From: Octopus vulgaris
Lineage: Eukaryota
DNA length: 64,000 nucleotides
Reading direction: 5' to 3'
Assembly: GCA_951406725.2 (NCBI GenBank)
Contig: OX597821.1
Span: 90,520,001 to 90,584,000 of the forward strand
Made by a program: the position numbers and the translations under genes. Positions 1 to 13,050 of the stretch are shown in pieces; within the stretch, counting starts at the first letter, position 1; each line of letters starts with the position of its first letter. Below the pieces are notes generated by a model. That model searched no databases. It had not been told where the DNA came from and saw only the letters and a program-made list of their open reading frames with translations.

Positions 1-753
1 ACCTTATCACGGTTGTTTGCATTGATAATATAACACCTGACCTACACAGTCTTGCCATGTTGTCCATGAATTATATCATCTGTCAGAACAAATACAACAG
101 GGCTTTCACCGCAGCTTCTATAATCCATATGTCTGTATATTATATAATGGCGTGTGGAAGGTGATGGAGTATGGAGAAGCCAGACTAACATTTTTAGGTT
201 AATGATTTCAAATGCTACCATTCATCTCTTTGTTGCATATATATATATATATATATGTATATGTATGTATGTATAAACTACCATCAATACTATCATCATC
301 TTGAGGTAATGAGGGAGCGCCTATGTAATCCTATATGAGGAGATTCTACGTTGTTGCATGACTGCTTGAAGTAGCAACCAAATTTCCATCAAATCACACC
401 TACATCTTTATTTTGAAATGTAAACTATATTGCGTTATGCAATCCCTTATATCTGAAAAATAAATGGGCTGGCCATAGCTGGAATTCCTTTGATTACATG
501 ACTGCTACATCAGTGCTTCATACACATATATCACACAAAAATCAAAACTCTAAAACTGTGTAGCCACTTAGACATGTAATGATTGTAAATTATATTATTA
601 AAGCCTAACTGCAAATACCTGAACTCCTCAGATTACATCAAGAATTACCTACAAACTCTTGTGTATATCTCAGCTAAGAGATTTTCTTGATGGTTGCATG
701 ACTAATTAAAAAAGTAGTCAAATATCTTTCACGTCATATTACCATCTTTACAT

Positions 754-1006
754 AAATGAAAGTGAGCTCGATTCCTGGAGTGGGCTTTGTGTTGTGTTCT
801 GGAGTGAGACACTTCGGTGGCATGGAAAGGGAAGGATTTTATGCAGGAGGTGGTGGCTGGTCTTCCACAAAACAAACTTGCTTGGTTCCATGCAACTCCG
901 TCTGGTTCCGTGCCACTCTGTCTGGTTCCATGCCACTCCGTAACTCAGAGGGTAACTTTCTAGGTGCAATCCCATGGTCAATCATGACCGAAAGGGGTCT
1001 TTATCT
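754..1006 (+). mobile_element. Degenerate SINE-like element containing a 20-bp x3 internal tandem repeat
   Basis: B-box-like GAGCTCGATTCC at ~764-777, CORE-like GTGTTCTGGAGTGAGACACTT, and three copies of (C)TGGTTCCRTGCMACTCYGT at ~882-941. Confidence 0.45.
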
Positions 1007-1019
1007 AACATATGCCCAC

Positions 1020-1093
1020 GGGCATATGGTGTAGTGGTTAAGAACGCGGGCTACTAACCTAAGATTCCGAGTTCGATTCCAAGCAGTGACCTG
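1020..1093 (+). mobile_element. tRNA-derived head (short SINE or tRNA retropseudogene) followed by an (AAT)n tail
   Basis: A box TGGTGTAGTGG, anticodon-arm-like GGGCTACTAACCT and B box GAGTTCGATTCC. The acceptor stem does not pair, so this is not a functional tRNA. Confidence 0.7.
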
Positions 1094-1108
1094 AATAATA
1101 ATAATAAC

Positions 1109-1179
<71 letters not shown>

Positions 1180-1187
1180 TAATAATG

Positions 1188-1251
<64 letters not shown>
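1094..1251. repeat. (AAT)n microsatellite
   Basis: Direct observation; it generates the poly-L and poly-Y ORFs. Confidence 0.98.
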
Positions 1252-1253
<2 letters not shown>

Positions 1254-1399
1254 GTGACACAATAAAAAAACGGTAATTGCGCAACCTGATAATCGCTACC
1301 TCATATGAGTGACCATGAAAAAGCAAAATATTGTGAATAACGGTGCTAATAAAACTGAAGTCAATGATAGTGGCAGTGTTACACCCGGTAAGCCCAGAG

Positions 1400-2132
1400 A
1401 TTCTGGTCCGGCTCCAGCCTGTCGATATCCATACAGTTTGCTGAAAAAAAGTATAATACTGAAAGAAAGGGTCTGAAAGTAGTAGTGGAGGAACTGAAAC
1501 AGCGTCTTACTGCAAAGTAAGGAAAGATGGTAAGATACGGCCAAAGAATGAAAAGTTTCCAGCAGAATAGGTTATTCAGAGTAGATTAGAAGAGATTCTA
1601 TAAAGAAATAAATGGAGAGTGTACAGATGAAAAGTTGATACCAGATAATATTGAAAGCCTAAGGTTTTGGAGTGACATCTGGAACAAAGATAAGGAGCAC
1701 AAGAAGGATGCTGAATGGTTGCAAAAACTGAAAAAAATAGTAGTCTGTCCCAAACAGTTTGGGAAGTGAAGGAAATTAGCAAAAAAATTAGCAACTGGAA
1801 GGCCCCGGGACCAGCTCTAGTTCAAGGCTACTGGATCAAACGATTTGGTGAATTTCATGCACGAATGGCTGCGCAACTCAACACCTTGTTAAATGCCGAC
1901 CAAGTAACACCAGAGTGGTTGACATTAGATAGGACAGTGTTGTGCCTGGAAAACTTCGATAAAGGCAATACGGTAGACAATTACAGGCCGATATCCTGTT
2001 TGTCACTTATGTGGAAGTTATTGACTGGAAAACTCGCGGGGTCAATGTACGAACATCTGGAAAAAATGGAATCCTGTCACATGAGCAGAAGGGTTGCAAG
2101 CGTAAGTGCAGAGGTACCAAAGATCAACTTTA
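1400..2132 (+). pseudogene. Dong/R4-clade non-LTR retrotransposon reverse transcriptase fragment (frameshifted, truncated at a TA repeat)
   Basis: NWKAPGP..VQGYWIK, TPEWLT..RTVL, KGN..DNYRPISCL..MWKLLTG and EQKGCKRKCRGTKDQL match RT domains 0-2 of R4/Dong elements. Confidence 0.85.
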
Positions 2133-2135
2133 TGG

Positions 2136-2187
<52 letters not shown>

Positions 2188-3408
2188 GTTCGCACAGATA
2201 CGAAATATCAGTTGTGAAATCTCAGATTAGAAAAGCATATAATCTCTCTTCCATAAACGAAATGTTAGATAGAGAAATGTAGCTACTGTTTTACAAACAA
2301 CCTAACAGACCAACCTCAGAGCAATAAAGAGACAAACACCATGTATTAAATACATGAAATAATACGCCAATTATAAATAATCAAGCCTCATATAAAATGT
2401 ATATCTTGAACAGAAATCATTGCACTTCATTATAAACCAATACAAAAAATCATATTACCTAAACATTAAAGTTGACGTATTACTCATCAATAGCAAATCT
2501 CTTGTTAGCTGAAAACGACACAAAATTGTTTTATCAAATTATATCAAGTGCTTAATGTGTACAACATTAACTGTGCTATCTAATGGAAGATCCCAGAATG
2601 AAGTAACACTATATAAATGGCACAAAAATTCATAGTTTATACTCAGACAAAAAGGGCTCTTTAGCAAAATTATTTAAAACTTCCTTAATCTGAAATTTTG
2701 AGAAATGTCTCCTCACCGAAAAATTCTTGCTTAAATTTTGAAAATTCAGAGTTCATCGAGATAAACATTCATCTCCCTCCATAAATATTCATTATCATTA
2801 CTTTCTTTACTCCATAAACTTCTGACTTGACGATACTTCAATTCTTAAATTCTGAAAATTGGTATCATAATTAAACTTCGGACACCTCTTTGTTGACTTA
2901 TTGAAATTGTTTTTTTTTTGTTTTTTATTTGATTCATCACATTAATTTATGTAAGTCACATCAGTTTCTCACACCACTTTATCCAAATGTCAATCTTCTA
3001 CGATACTTTTTAATTATCTTAGAATGTTCTTTTATTTTTCCCTTGCTATATAGTTGGTATAGTAAAATGTACAAACCTCCACGTTAATATAAAATAATAA
3101 CAAACCTAAACAGTTCAGGCCTACTTGGGATCCACTGAGTTGCATCTCTTGCATTACCTAGAGCATGACTGAATATATCACATATGAGCCTGTCCCTCTT
3201 AGAATGAAAAACTATCATACTATCCGCTTATTGCACGGCTCAATACCCGTCACACTAAATTCTGGGTAACGTATTTTTTAATTATACAAGAAAGCTCTGA
3301 ATACATACTATTCACTCTATAGTTGCTTTGAGCACTCTATTTTGATTCATGTATGTTCATTCACATAAACACACACACACACAAAATGTTCACAGATATA
3401 TATATATT

Positions 3409-3447
<39 letters not shown>

Positions 3448-3485
3448 GTAAATACATACATATGTATACATACATATACATATAG

Positions 3486-3520
<35 letters not shown>

Positions 3521-4589
3521 TATGTGTATAAATTTATATGCATACACATGCAAGTGTTATATGCATTCGTTTAATATACAATACTGAATGAGCTTTTCTA
3601 TGAAGTTAGTGCTTTTGAGTGCATTTCATTAATATAATAAATTGCGTGTTGTTAAATTGAGAAATGGTACTAGTTATTAGCGTATAGACTGCTTAATCTG
3701 TGCCATATAATTTATTAGTTTCTTAATAAAAAGCTTGCTTTTTAAAGGTAGATTCCTTCAATGGATTTTGAACGTAAAGTAATGTCTGGTTGGGTGATTT
3801 CAGCATGCTCTTCTGAAGAGTGATTTAATAAGAGATTTTAAATCTTTGGAATCAATCACTTTTAGTATTTAGTTAAATATAGCACAACACACACATCCAC
3901 ACACTCATAATCGCATTTATATGTATATATAAATGCACTTATATATTCATAGCTGTAATTATACTTTATCTGCAAATACTTACATGCTCGTGTATACATA
4001 TACAGTCATACGTAATTGTTTATATGTATGTGTGTTTATAGATTTATATACCTACATATATATATATGTGTGTGTGTGTGTGTATATATGCATGTATATG
4101 TACATGTATATTTACATATCTTTAAATATATAAATGCACATGCATATAGATGTATATGCATATATGTTATATATTGTATATTTATTCATCTGCCGACATA
4201 CCCAACTGTCATTCTATCTATCCAGCTAACTGTCTATCTATATACCTTTCTGTCTATCTATCTATCTGTCTGTCTGTCTACTTATCTATCTTTCAGCGTG
4301 TTCATACATATGAGTGCATGTATAGTAAAGTGTACGTGTATATTAAAAAAAGGCACATACAGACATATATACCTACACAAACACACGTACGTCCACACAT
4401 ATAAAAATATATATTTATGTGAGAGTCTGAATGTGTGTATATACCTAATTTTATATCTGTTCTTCTATGTCTGTTGTAGACTTCTTTTTGAACTTCAGTA
4501 TACTCGCTGCTGCTAGCCATTTCTTTTTAGTTTTTTTCCTTCTCTACAAATTCTTTGCACTTGAATTATTTGGTGCTTCCAATCTCAAA

Positions 4590-4825
4590 TGCTATTTCTC
4601 ATGCACATCCCAAGTTTGTTCCAGAACACTACAGCTGATTCCTCTTATACTCACTTTTTTTTTTCAGTTTATGCTCCATCGTTCATGCACACTAACAATG
4701 CACATCCTTCGAAATATCCTTGCCTAATTTCTTTAGAACATTCATATCCACTCCACATTTGAAGCAGAAGTAACATCGCCTTGCAATACTACATTCTTTA
4801 CACAAGTCTCGTACAGACTTCGATT
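4590..4825 (-). pseudogene. RTE-clade LINE ORF C-terminal relic
   Basis: The minus strand reads LYETCVKNVVLQG...RMCIVSVHER...IRGISCSV, which aligns by eye with the RTE peptide at 41459-41812. Confidence 0.6.
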
Positions 4826-5559
4826 TACTGAGCGAGAGAGAGAGAGAGAGAGAAAGAAAGAGAGAGGGATGGATGGAGGGAGTTCATTTCATTATGAACC
4901 GTAATTATAGTTACTGATTCTTACCTTAAATGGTGTGCTTTTAGAACACTAACATTTCTTCTGCTAATTAGTTCATGTATGTTTATGAAACCAAATGAGT
5001 TACTTCTGGGGAAGTATTCTGGGCATTTGAAATAATTGTGAAGGCAATGGACAATGAACATAACAAAAATACAGAAGAGAAAAATTTTCCCAAATAATAC
5101 ATTAGTTAAACGCTTAAATGTGGAAGGGAGATAGCCTTAACGTTTTAGACGCTAGTGCTTCCTTAGAAGAAAACTATAGAAGAAAATTAGAAAAGTGTGA
5201 AAGAGTGAAAGTGGTTGAGATGAATGCACTCCATAGTTGTGCTTCTCTTGCGCATAGGAAGTTTTTACTTCTGTTAGCCGACTGTGAAATCACCGAAATC
5301 CTCTAATGTTACAGATAGTACATTGGCTACAAAGAATATAATTCCTACCCATATATTTCAGATGGCCACTTTCTAGATATAATAGTAAAGAATTGTACGT
5401 CTTTAGTGTTTGCTTGTCTTACTTCTTGATTCCGTGTTTAGCAATTCTTTTATTAATTTCTTATGATCTGGAAAGAGCAATGATTAGCAGAAGAGGCTAA
5501 GAAACATACCGTGATAATCAGTAACCATATTAAATTTCTACTGAGTTTCTTGCTTCTCA

Positions 5560-6110
5560 TAGTCCTGCCGATAGTACCCTTCATATACATTACTCGGTTC
5601 TCACAGCCATTCCTCTACACTAAGTATCTTAACAACCACTAGATTGTTAACTCTCTTGAAAATCTTCTCGAGGTTACCGAATGCTAGGTCGTGAAGCTTT
5701 TACCTAACTAAACACTTCCGTAGTTGGCTGATTAGGAAAAACAAACATCGGTGGTACTCGGCCTGGCGCAAACTCGAATTGTATTTCATGTAACCTAATT
5801 CTTTTCTCAGCTGTGCTAACTCTTCCGCTTATCTTCATAACATGGTTCATCATTTGATACCTGTATACTTTCTATATTTCTGTGCATCATCGTGGACTAT
5901 GCTACTCTATCTAATGATACTTTTATGCCAATCGTTATGAATGACACCTCCTTGTACCATTTCATTGACTCTGCGAGTGGCTAGTGCTTCTGCTTCAAAT
6001 ATTCTCAGAATCTTAGTCACCTTTCCTAATTCATCCAGTTACCTTCCTCCCTCCATATCTTCAATCATCCATTTGACTGTACAGTTATCCACGTTATAAA
6101 CTGGTCAGTC
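5560..6110 (-). pseudogene. RTE-clade LINE reverse transcriptase relic
   Basis: The minus strand gives a decayed DW.KSII / Y.GIKMMNHVMKI / RIRLHEIQFEFAPGR / LAFGNLEKIF series (consensus NYRGIKL, QFGFxPGR, AFxDLEKAFD). Confidence 0.65.
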
Positions 6111-7597
6111 TTTGTACGTCTGTACGTATAGTCCTTTCATCCAGCAATATCGCTTCGAAACAATTCGAAATTAGTTTTCCATGTCATTAAGGTCGAGTGC
6201 ATCGCTACTCTCTACTTCTCACTACCAATGACCTGATTTACACTGAGAGATTCTTTGCGTCGTGCCTCTGATCTTAATCGCGCTGGATACAGGTACATCT
6301 TTTACTTTCAGTTTCTCTTCTAACCTTCTCAACTTGTTTCTTCTTCATCTTCCTTTTCTTCCATTTTCTCCTGGGCTATGCTTTAGCTATTATGGTTTTA
6401 TAACTTGTACCATTCAAACATTATCATCTTCTAAAGTAGACTGTTTCGTTGAAATTTTCTGCTATTTTCTATATTATAAGCCTCTAATCACCAAACGTCA
6501 TTTCGTATTCATTTGAGCCTATGTATGACGTATAAGTATATATCAGTTCCCATATATATTTTCTACATCCTCAGAAGTCATCTTGTTCAAAGTATTTATT
6601 TCATTCGTGTAAGAAATTGGTTGATTTTTGTTTCTCGATCACCACAAACGATTTCGAAATACGAAAGTATGTACATTCAAGCATTAACAGGGCCCGAACT
6701 CAAGACAGACATTTCAAACCGAATATACAAATCGCTACACATATGTTTATATATACATATAGAACACGTGAATATAAATGTTTTTTGTGTATGTACGTAT
6801 GTATGTATGTATGTATCTATGTGTCTATGTATGTGTGAGTGTGTGTATCTCCCTCTATGTATACAGCTAGATAGCTAAATACATGTGTATATATAGTATG
6901 CATTTATATACATATATACATACATACACTAATACAAGTATATACACATGCATTAGTATAAGTATATATAATATATACATACACGCACATATACATACAT
7001 ATGTGTGTATGTATATATGTATGTATGTATCGTTGTATGTATGTATATATGGGCGCACGTATGTATGTATGCATATATATAATTAAATTCCTAGATTCCG
7101 AGCCAAATCCAACAAACTACTAGACCATGAAAAATTAAATGGCCACCTTTGACAAAAACAGGATGACAATGAACCGATAAAAGGAAACAAAAAAAAAACA
7201 AATAAAGCTTTTCAAATCAATATATTAGAAAGTTAATCAACGATTGTAGTATAAGTGTGTTGGCAAAAAGGAAATGTGCTCGTCGAACCAAAGACAGAAA
7301 ACACTTTCTGATACCAGAACGACAAATAACATTTTACATAATGACAAAGCCAAGAAAATTCGAAAACAGGAAATAAACCAGAAGAACCGAAGAAAAAATA
7401 CCAGTTTGATTGACAAATAAGTGCGAATAATAAACGCATTGACAATTAGCCATAGCCATGCCGATGAATAAGAAAGAAAATAAATACCTAGTAATTGCAG
7501 TTCTCGCTTGATGATTGCCATGGCATGAAACTTGCTTTTCCAGAAAGGGATTCAGTTTAAGTTGACTATATATTCCACGTGCTGTATTCAGTATTAC

Positions 7598-7831
7598 ATA
7601 TTTCTTTACTACCTACAAAGGGCTAAACATAGAGGGGACAAACAAGGACAGACAAACGGATTAAATCGATTACATCGACCTCAGTGCGTAACTGGTACTT
7701 AATTTATCGACCCCGAAAGGATGAAAGGCAAAGTCGAGCTCGGGGGAATTTGAACCCAGAACATAACGGCAGACGAAATACGGCTACGCATTTCGCCCGG
7801 CTTGCTAACGGTTCTGCCAGCTCGCCGCCTT
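7598..7831 (-). mobile_element. tRNA-derived SINE family B
   Basis: Minus-strand head AGGCGGCGAGCTGGCAGAA with B box GGGTTCAAATTCC; near-identical copies lie at 14403-14818 and 61269-61487. Confidence 0.9.
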
Positions 7832-8132
7832 TGTATTCAGTATTATATGCCTCATTCGTCGACAAACAATAGCTTTTTAATATGTTTATGTTTTTGTGTG
7901 TGCCTGCGTGTACACAACTGCTCTTTGCATATTTTCTGTCAATCAAATCCCACTCGCAGCTTATGAGTTATCGATACACTTTAATGGAAACACTTCAACA
8001 AATTACTGTGCGGTAGGGACGAATGAGAGACCATATGGTTATGACGCATTTTTAAACATACATCCATACCGGTGACAATATAAACAATTTTTAACATACA
8101 ACTGCATACTCTTTTTTCATTTTTTTGTACTA

Positions 8133-8335
8133 TTTTTACTTGTTTCAGTCATTTGACTGAGGCCATGCTGGAGCACCGCCTTTAGTCGAACAAATCGACC
8201 GCAGGACTTATTCTTTGTTAGCCTAGTACGTATTCTATTGGGCTCTTTTGCCGAACCGTTAAGTTACGGGGACGTAAAGACACCAGCATCGTTTGTCAAG
8301 CGATATTGGGGAGACAAACAGACACACGAACATAT

Positions 8336-8377
<42 letters not shown>

Positions 8378-8536
8378 GACGGGATTCTTTCAGTTTCCGT
8401 CTACCTATTCCACTCACAAGGCTTTGGTCGGCCCGACGCTATAGTAGAAGACACTTGCCCAAGGTGCCACGCAGTGGGACTGAACCCGGAACTATGTGGT
8501 TCGTAAGCAAGCTACCACGCAGCCACTCCTACGCCT
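8133..8536 (-). mobile_element. tRNA-derived SINE family A, full length
   Basis: Head with B box GGTTCAGTCCC, CORE-like ACCTTGGGCAAGTGTC, internal (TA/CA) tract and GAGTAAAA-type tail; more than 10 copies in the window. Confidence 0.92.
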
Positions 8537-8571
8537 CATACATCATAATCTATGTGTTATCTTATGTGTTT

Positions 8572-8915
8572 TTCACTTGTTTTAGCCATAAGAATGCCTC
8601 CACGCTGTGTTGAGTCACACAAATTGTCCGCAGTGCTTATTTATTTTTTTCTGCTTGATATTTATTCTAGTGTTATCTTTTTTGCCGAACCAGTAAGTTA
8701 CAGGAATGTAGACAAACCAACAACGGTTGCTCAGCGGTGGTAAGGGAAAAGACAATACAAACACAAAAATACACACGAATCGATACATCCATACGATAGC
8801 TTCTTTCAGTTTCTGTCTACCAAATCCACACATAAGGCTTTAGTCGGCCTTGGGCTATAGTAAAACATTTGCTCAAGGGGCTTTGCAGTGAGATTGAACA
8901 GAAGATCACGTGGTT
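8572..8915 (-). mobile_element. Older diverged SINE family A copy
   Basis: Colinear with family A (GCCGAAC, CTTCTTTCAGTTTC..TCTACCAAATCCAC) but with many substitutions. Confidence 0.75.
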
Positions 8916-9589
8916 ATACAGATATATTGTCTATGAATGAGTGCGTGTGTCTATGTGTATATGTGTACCCTTTCAGAGAGGTGAGGAAACTGAAACAAAA
9001 GAAAGAATAGAAGTAACAAGAAAAACAGAAAGAAAGAAAAAAAAGAAAAAAAAAAGAAAAAAAGAAAGAAAGAAGGGCGGAGAGAAAGAAAGAAAAATAA
9101 AGAAATGGATGGCGACAGAGGATGAGTTGAAATGAAAATCATTCAACATATATCTGTTCAAATACCAGAAATCTCTCCACAATGAAGAATTTGGTGAACT
9201 CTTCGAAACCACTCTCTTTCTGCCAGAAAAACCAAAAATTACTTAAAGTTCAATCTATCTTCTAAGTAGATTATGCAACATCCTGAAACTATGTGCATCT
9301 CTTCAACTAATCCATGCTCGGATTGCTCCTCGTTTGTGTGTGTGTTTGTGTATTTGTATGTGTGTGTGTTGTGTGTGTGTGTGTGTGTGTGTGTGCTTGT
9401 GCGTATGTGCGCATGTATGCGCATGAGTATTTGTGAGCGTGTGCGCGCGCGTATGTGTCGCAGGCAATTTAAGCGTTTAAGGTCTGAAGGCAGTATTACA
9501 AGAAGAATGATAAAAAGTTCTGGAATCAAGTGTCTCGGGATTTAAGAAACCTGTTGCTTCTTGTCTTCGTCTGATTGTTGGCGACGTTA

Positions 9590-10310
9590 GAGATGGAAGG
9601 TAGTAGGAGAACCAGAGAACGAAGAGTGTGGAGATGCAAGTAGCAGAGAGCTATAGAGAGAGGAAAATCCGGGGATTTATACAGAGACGAGCAACAAGTA
9701 GGAAAGACAGTAAAAGAGAACAAGAGATATATAAGACGTAAAGAAACAGAGAATAAGAGATTAGCTAAAGAAGGAGAGAGAAAAGAAACACGCACACAGC
9801 ACAAAACTATAACGGGGAGAGAGTTTGTGATCGACAGAAAATAAGAGAAAAGGAGAAAAGCTCAGAGCCAAAGATGGGGATGAGAGTAACAGAAAGAAAC
9901 AGCAAACGAGAGGGTGACATACAGAAGTATAAATAGAGAAGAAGAAATTTGAGCCATTAAATTAAATAGATAGTGACTTTAATGGAGTGGAATGTAGAAT
10001 TAGAGAGGGAGAGAGCGAGAGAGAGATAGTAAATTTTTGAGACTAATAAAAGAAAACAAATAATTAAATGTGAAAGAGATTCAATAAGATCGATTGAGAC
10101 TGAAATATGTTAGAGAGAAAACAGAACAGATGGAACTAAAATAGATTAACAGATGATAAAAGAGAAAGAAACAGAAGGGAAGTGTGTCTGTGAGTGAGAG
10201 TGAGGGAGAGAGAGGGTGATGCTTGTGTGTAGTTTTGGAGAGAAAAGAAGAGGTAGGGAGATAAAGTGAGCAAAATCGTGCATGATAAAATGATCAAAAT
10301 GAGATTAAGA
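9590..10310. repeat. Purine-rich (GA/AG) low-complexity tract
   Basis: Strong A/G strand bias with degenerate (GA)n. Confidence 0.7.
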
Positions 10311-10403
10311 GAATATCGGTAAATTATCTTTAATACCTAACTTTATATTTACTGTTCTAAAACATTTTTGTCATATTGTTTACTATTCTTTTTGTTCAAA
10401 ATG

Positions 10404-10453
<50 letters not shown>

Positions 10454-11225
10454 GTGTAGGTATGGATTATGTATACGCAAGTACATACATACATACATAC
10501 ATACAGGCATACAAATATACACGTATATACATGCGTACAGATAGGTAAGTTTGCTTTTGTAAACACTTGGAGAACTCAGGGCAATCATAGCTGATAAAAA
10601 GATATCCTCTCTCAGTGTCTCTGTTCATGTATGTACTTACATACACACATATGTGTGTGTGTGTGCGTGTATTTATATATTTAGATGTATATATATATGT
10701 ATGTATATATATATATATATACACATATATATACATATATATACATATATACATATATATATATATATGTATGTATATATATATGTATATAAGATAAGAT
10801 AGCTCCAGGGGAGATTTAAGGGCCTAGAGATTCATTTACAAGTCACATGTTAGTTTGACAAGCGATTGTCACATATCTATAAGAACTTCAGTGACTGTTA
10901 TAACAATTTAAGCTATTAAAAGATTATCTATACGTTGTTTACACATTGAGTTCCCATTCCCCCCACGAGTAATAATCAGACATTACGTTACACACACAAA
11001 CATACAGAAAGAGAAAGAGAGGGAAACAGACAGATACACAGAGACACAGACAGAAAGAGGGAGTTAAGGTAAGAAAGAGAATTTAGAGTAGAAAGTGCAT
11101 TGAAATTTTTATAATTCATGATAAAAACGGAATGTTTACAGAATATAATCAACCGGTTTCATTTTGTATAAATATTCCTGAACCTGCTTCATTTCATGAA
11201 CGTTCCATTTCTGTCATAAAGTCAT

Positions 11226-11630
11226 ACTCTTTTACTCTTTTACTTGTTTCAGTCATTTGACTGCGGTCATGCTGGAGCACCGCCTTTAGTCGAGCAAATC
11301 GACCCCAGGACTTATTCTTTGCAAGCCCAGTACTTATTCTATCGGTCTCTTTTGCCGAACCGCTAAGTAACGGGGACGTAAACACACCAGCATCGGTTGT
11401 CAAGCAATGCTAGGGGGACAAACACAGACACACAAACATACACACACATACATATATTTATATATACATATATACGACGGGCTTCTTTCAGTTTCCGTCT
11501 ACCAAATCCACTCAGGGCTTTGGTTGGTCCGAAGCTATAGTAGAAGACACTTGCCCAAGATGCCACGCAGTGGGACTGAACCCGAAGCCATGTGGTTGGT
11601 AAGCAAGGTACTTACCACACAGCCACTCCT
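11226..11630 (-). mobile_element. SINE family A, full length, CpG-intact
   Basis: Colinear with the other family A copies. Confidence 0.93.
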
Positions 11631-12631
11631 AAAAGATTTCACAGTACTTTCTTTTTTATTTTCAATATAATTTAGCACATGAAGAATTTTGTGAAATTTT
11701 CATTTTCAGAAGAAATAGAATCGAATACGTAATTATATTAACATTAATTTTATTAATTGGCAGAAAGTATCCCAAGGAGTGAAAGTTTCGCTCACGACAC
11801 ATATGTAGGAAGCTCTTCGGTACTGAGTCACTTTTATAATTTTTGCCAATTAAAGATAAAATATTATATGTGGGTGTATTTGTGTACGTGTAAATATATA
11901 CATACTTGCATACAGAGATACACACACGAAGGCACATAAACACACATACACACACACGTACACATATACACACTCGAGTGTGTGTGTATGTGTGTGTTTG
12001 TGTATGCTCAGATCCAGAGAACGTCTATGTGCTAGCAACAAAAGTAGACTAGAATCTGCCCCCGTTATATCGTTTACTGAATCTTATGATTGAAAGTATG
12101 TTCACAAAATAGAGGCGCAGACGAATCAAAGTTACAGCAGTGGCATTCGACCCCATATGCTAAGAATCCAGACAGATAGTGGGCAATGAAAAGGGTGGGA
12201 AAGAGAGGAACAAATGAATGGTTTTAACGAACAGTATATACACAATTCTTTGGAAATAGAGACTTAATAATATGACTTGGTAGTATACTAAAATAGTGAC
12301 AAAACAATCATTTAATAAATTAGTAACACTAATGAATCGGAGCAGATGGTTATAATTTAAATACTTGAGTCGCAGAACTGAAGGAAATCAGCGACTAAGA
12401 AGGAGGAAAATAATGGATGGAAGCAAAGAACTTCGGCAGCGGGCCCAACATAAGTTATAATATCGCGTTTCCTAGTTGAGACGATAATCCAGACGGTAAG
12501 GGGATAAGCTAATGACATATCATATCTACGTTCCAAGACATATTTGAGGTACGACGAAAGAAAGTTGCATAACGTTACTAATGAACTCTGGATGATGAAG
12601 GGTCTTAACAATATAATCTAATAAGAGGGAC

Positions 12632-12691
<60 letters not shown>

Positions 12692-12694
12692 ATG

Positions 12695-12781
<87 letters not shown>

Positions 12782-12808
12782 TTGATGTAAATATATATAT
12801 GTATATAT

Positions 12809-12837
<29 letters not shown>

Positions 12838-12843
<6 letters not shown>

Positions 12844-13050
12844 TAATCCAAACAAGAAAGCACAAAAAACACAACAACGCGAGGACGTGGAACAAATATA
12901 GTATTATTGGACGCTCAGGAAAGAAGGAAAGAGGAGGGTTTAACGTTTCGAGCGGAGCTCTTCGTCAGAAACATAGGAGAAGGAAAGATCCAGAGAAGGG
13001 AAGACGGAGGAAAAAAATCTCCAACGGTACACACGAGGTCACATTTTGAC
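12838..13050 (-). mobile_element. Short Penelope-like terminal-repeat element inserted in (TA)n, carrying a minimal hammerhead motif
   Basis: A diverged second copy lies at ~38480-38695, and the minus strand contains CTGACGA-AGAGCTCCGCTC-GAAACGTT. Confidence 0.7.
12938..12972 (-). ncRNA. Minimal type I hammerhead ribozyme core
   Basis: GUUU-CUGACGA-A-GAGC(UCC)GCUC-GAA-ACGU-U-AAAC: conserved CUGANGA and GAAA boxes, helix II GAGC/GCUC, helix I GUUU/AAAC and a palindromic ACGU helix III as in PLE-associated minimal hammerheads. Confidence 0.7.

Noticed and set aside
1020-1093. Functional tRNA gene
   Set aside because: The acceptor stem does not pair, there is no oligo-T terminator, and it has a microsatellite tail, as expected of a retroposed derivative.
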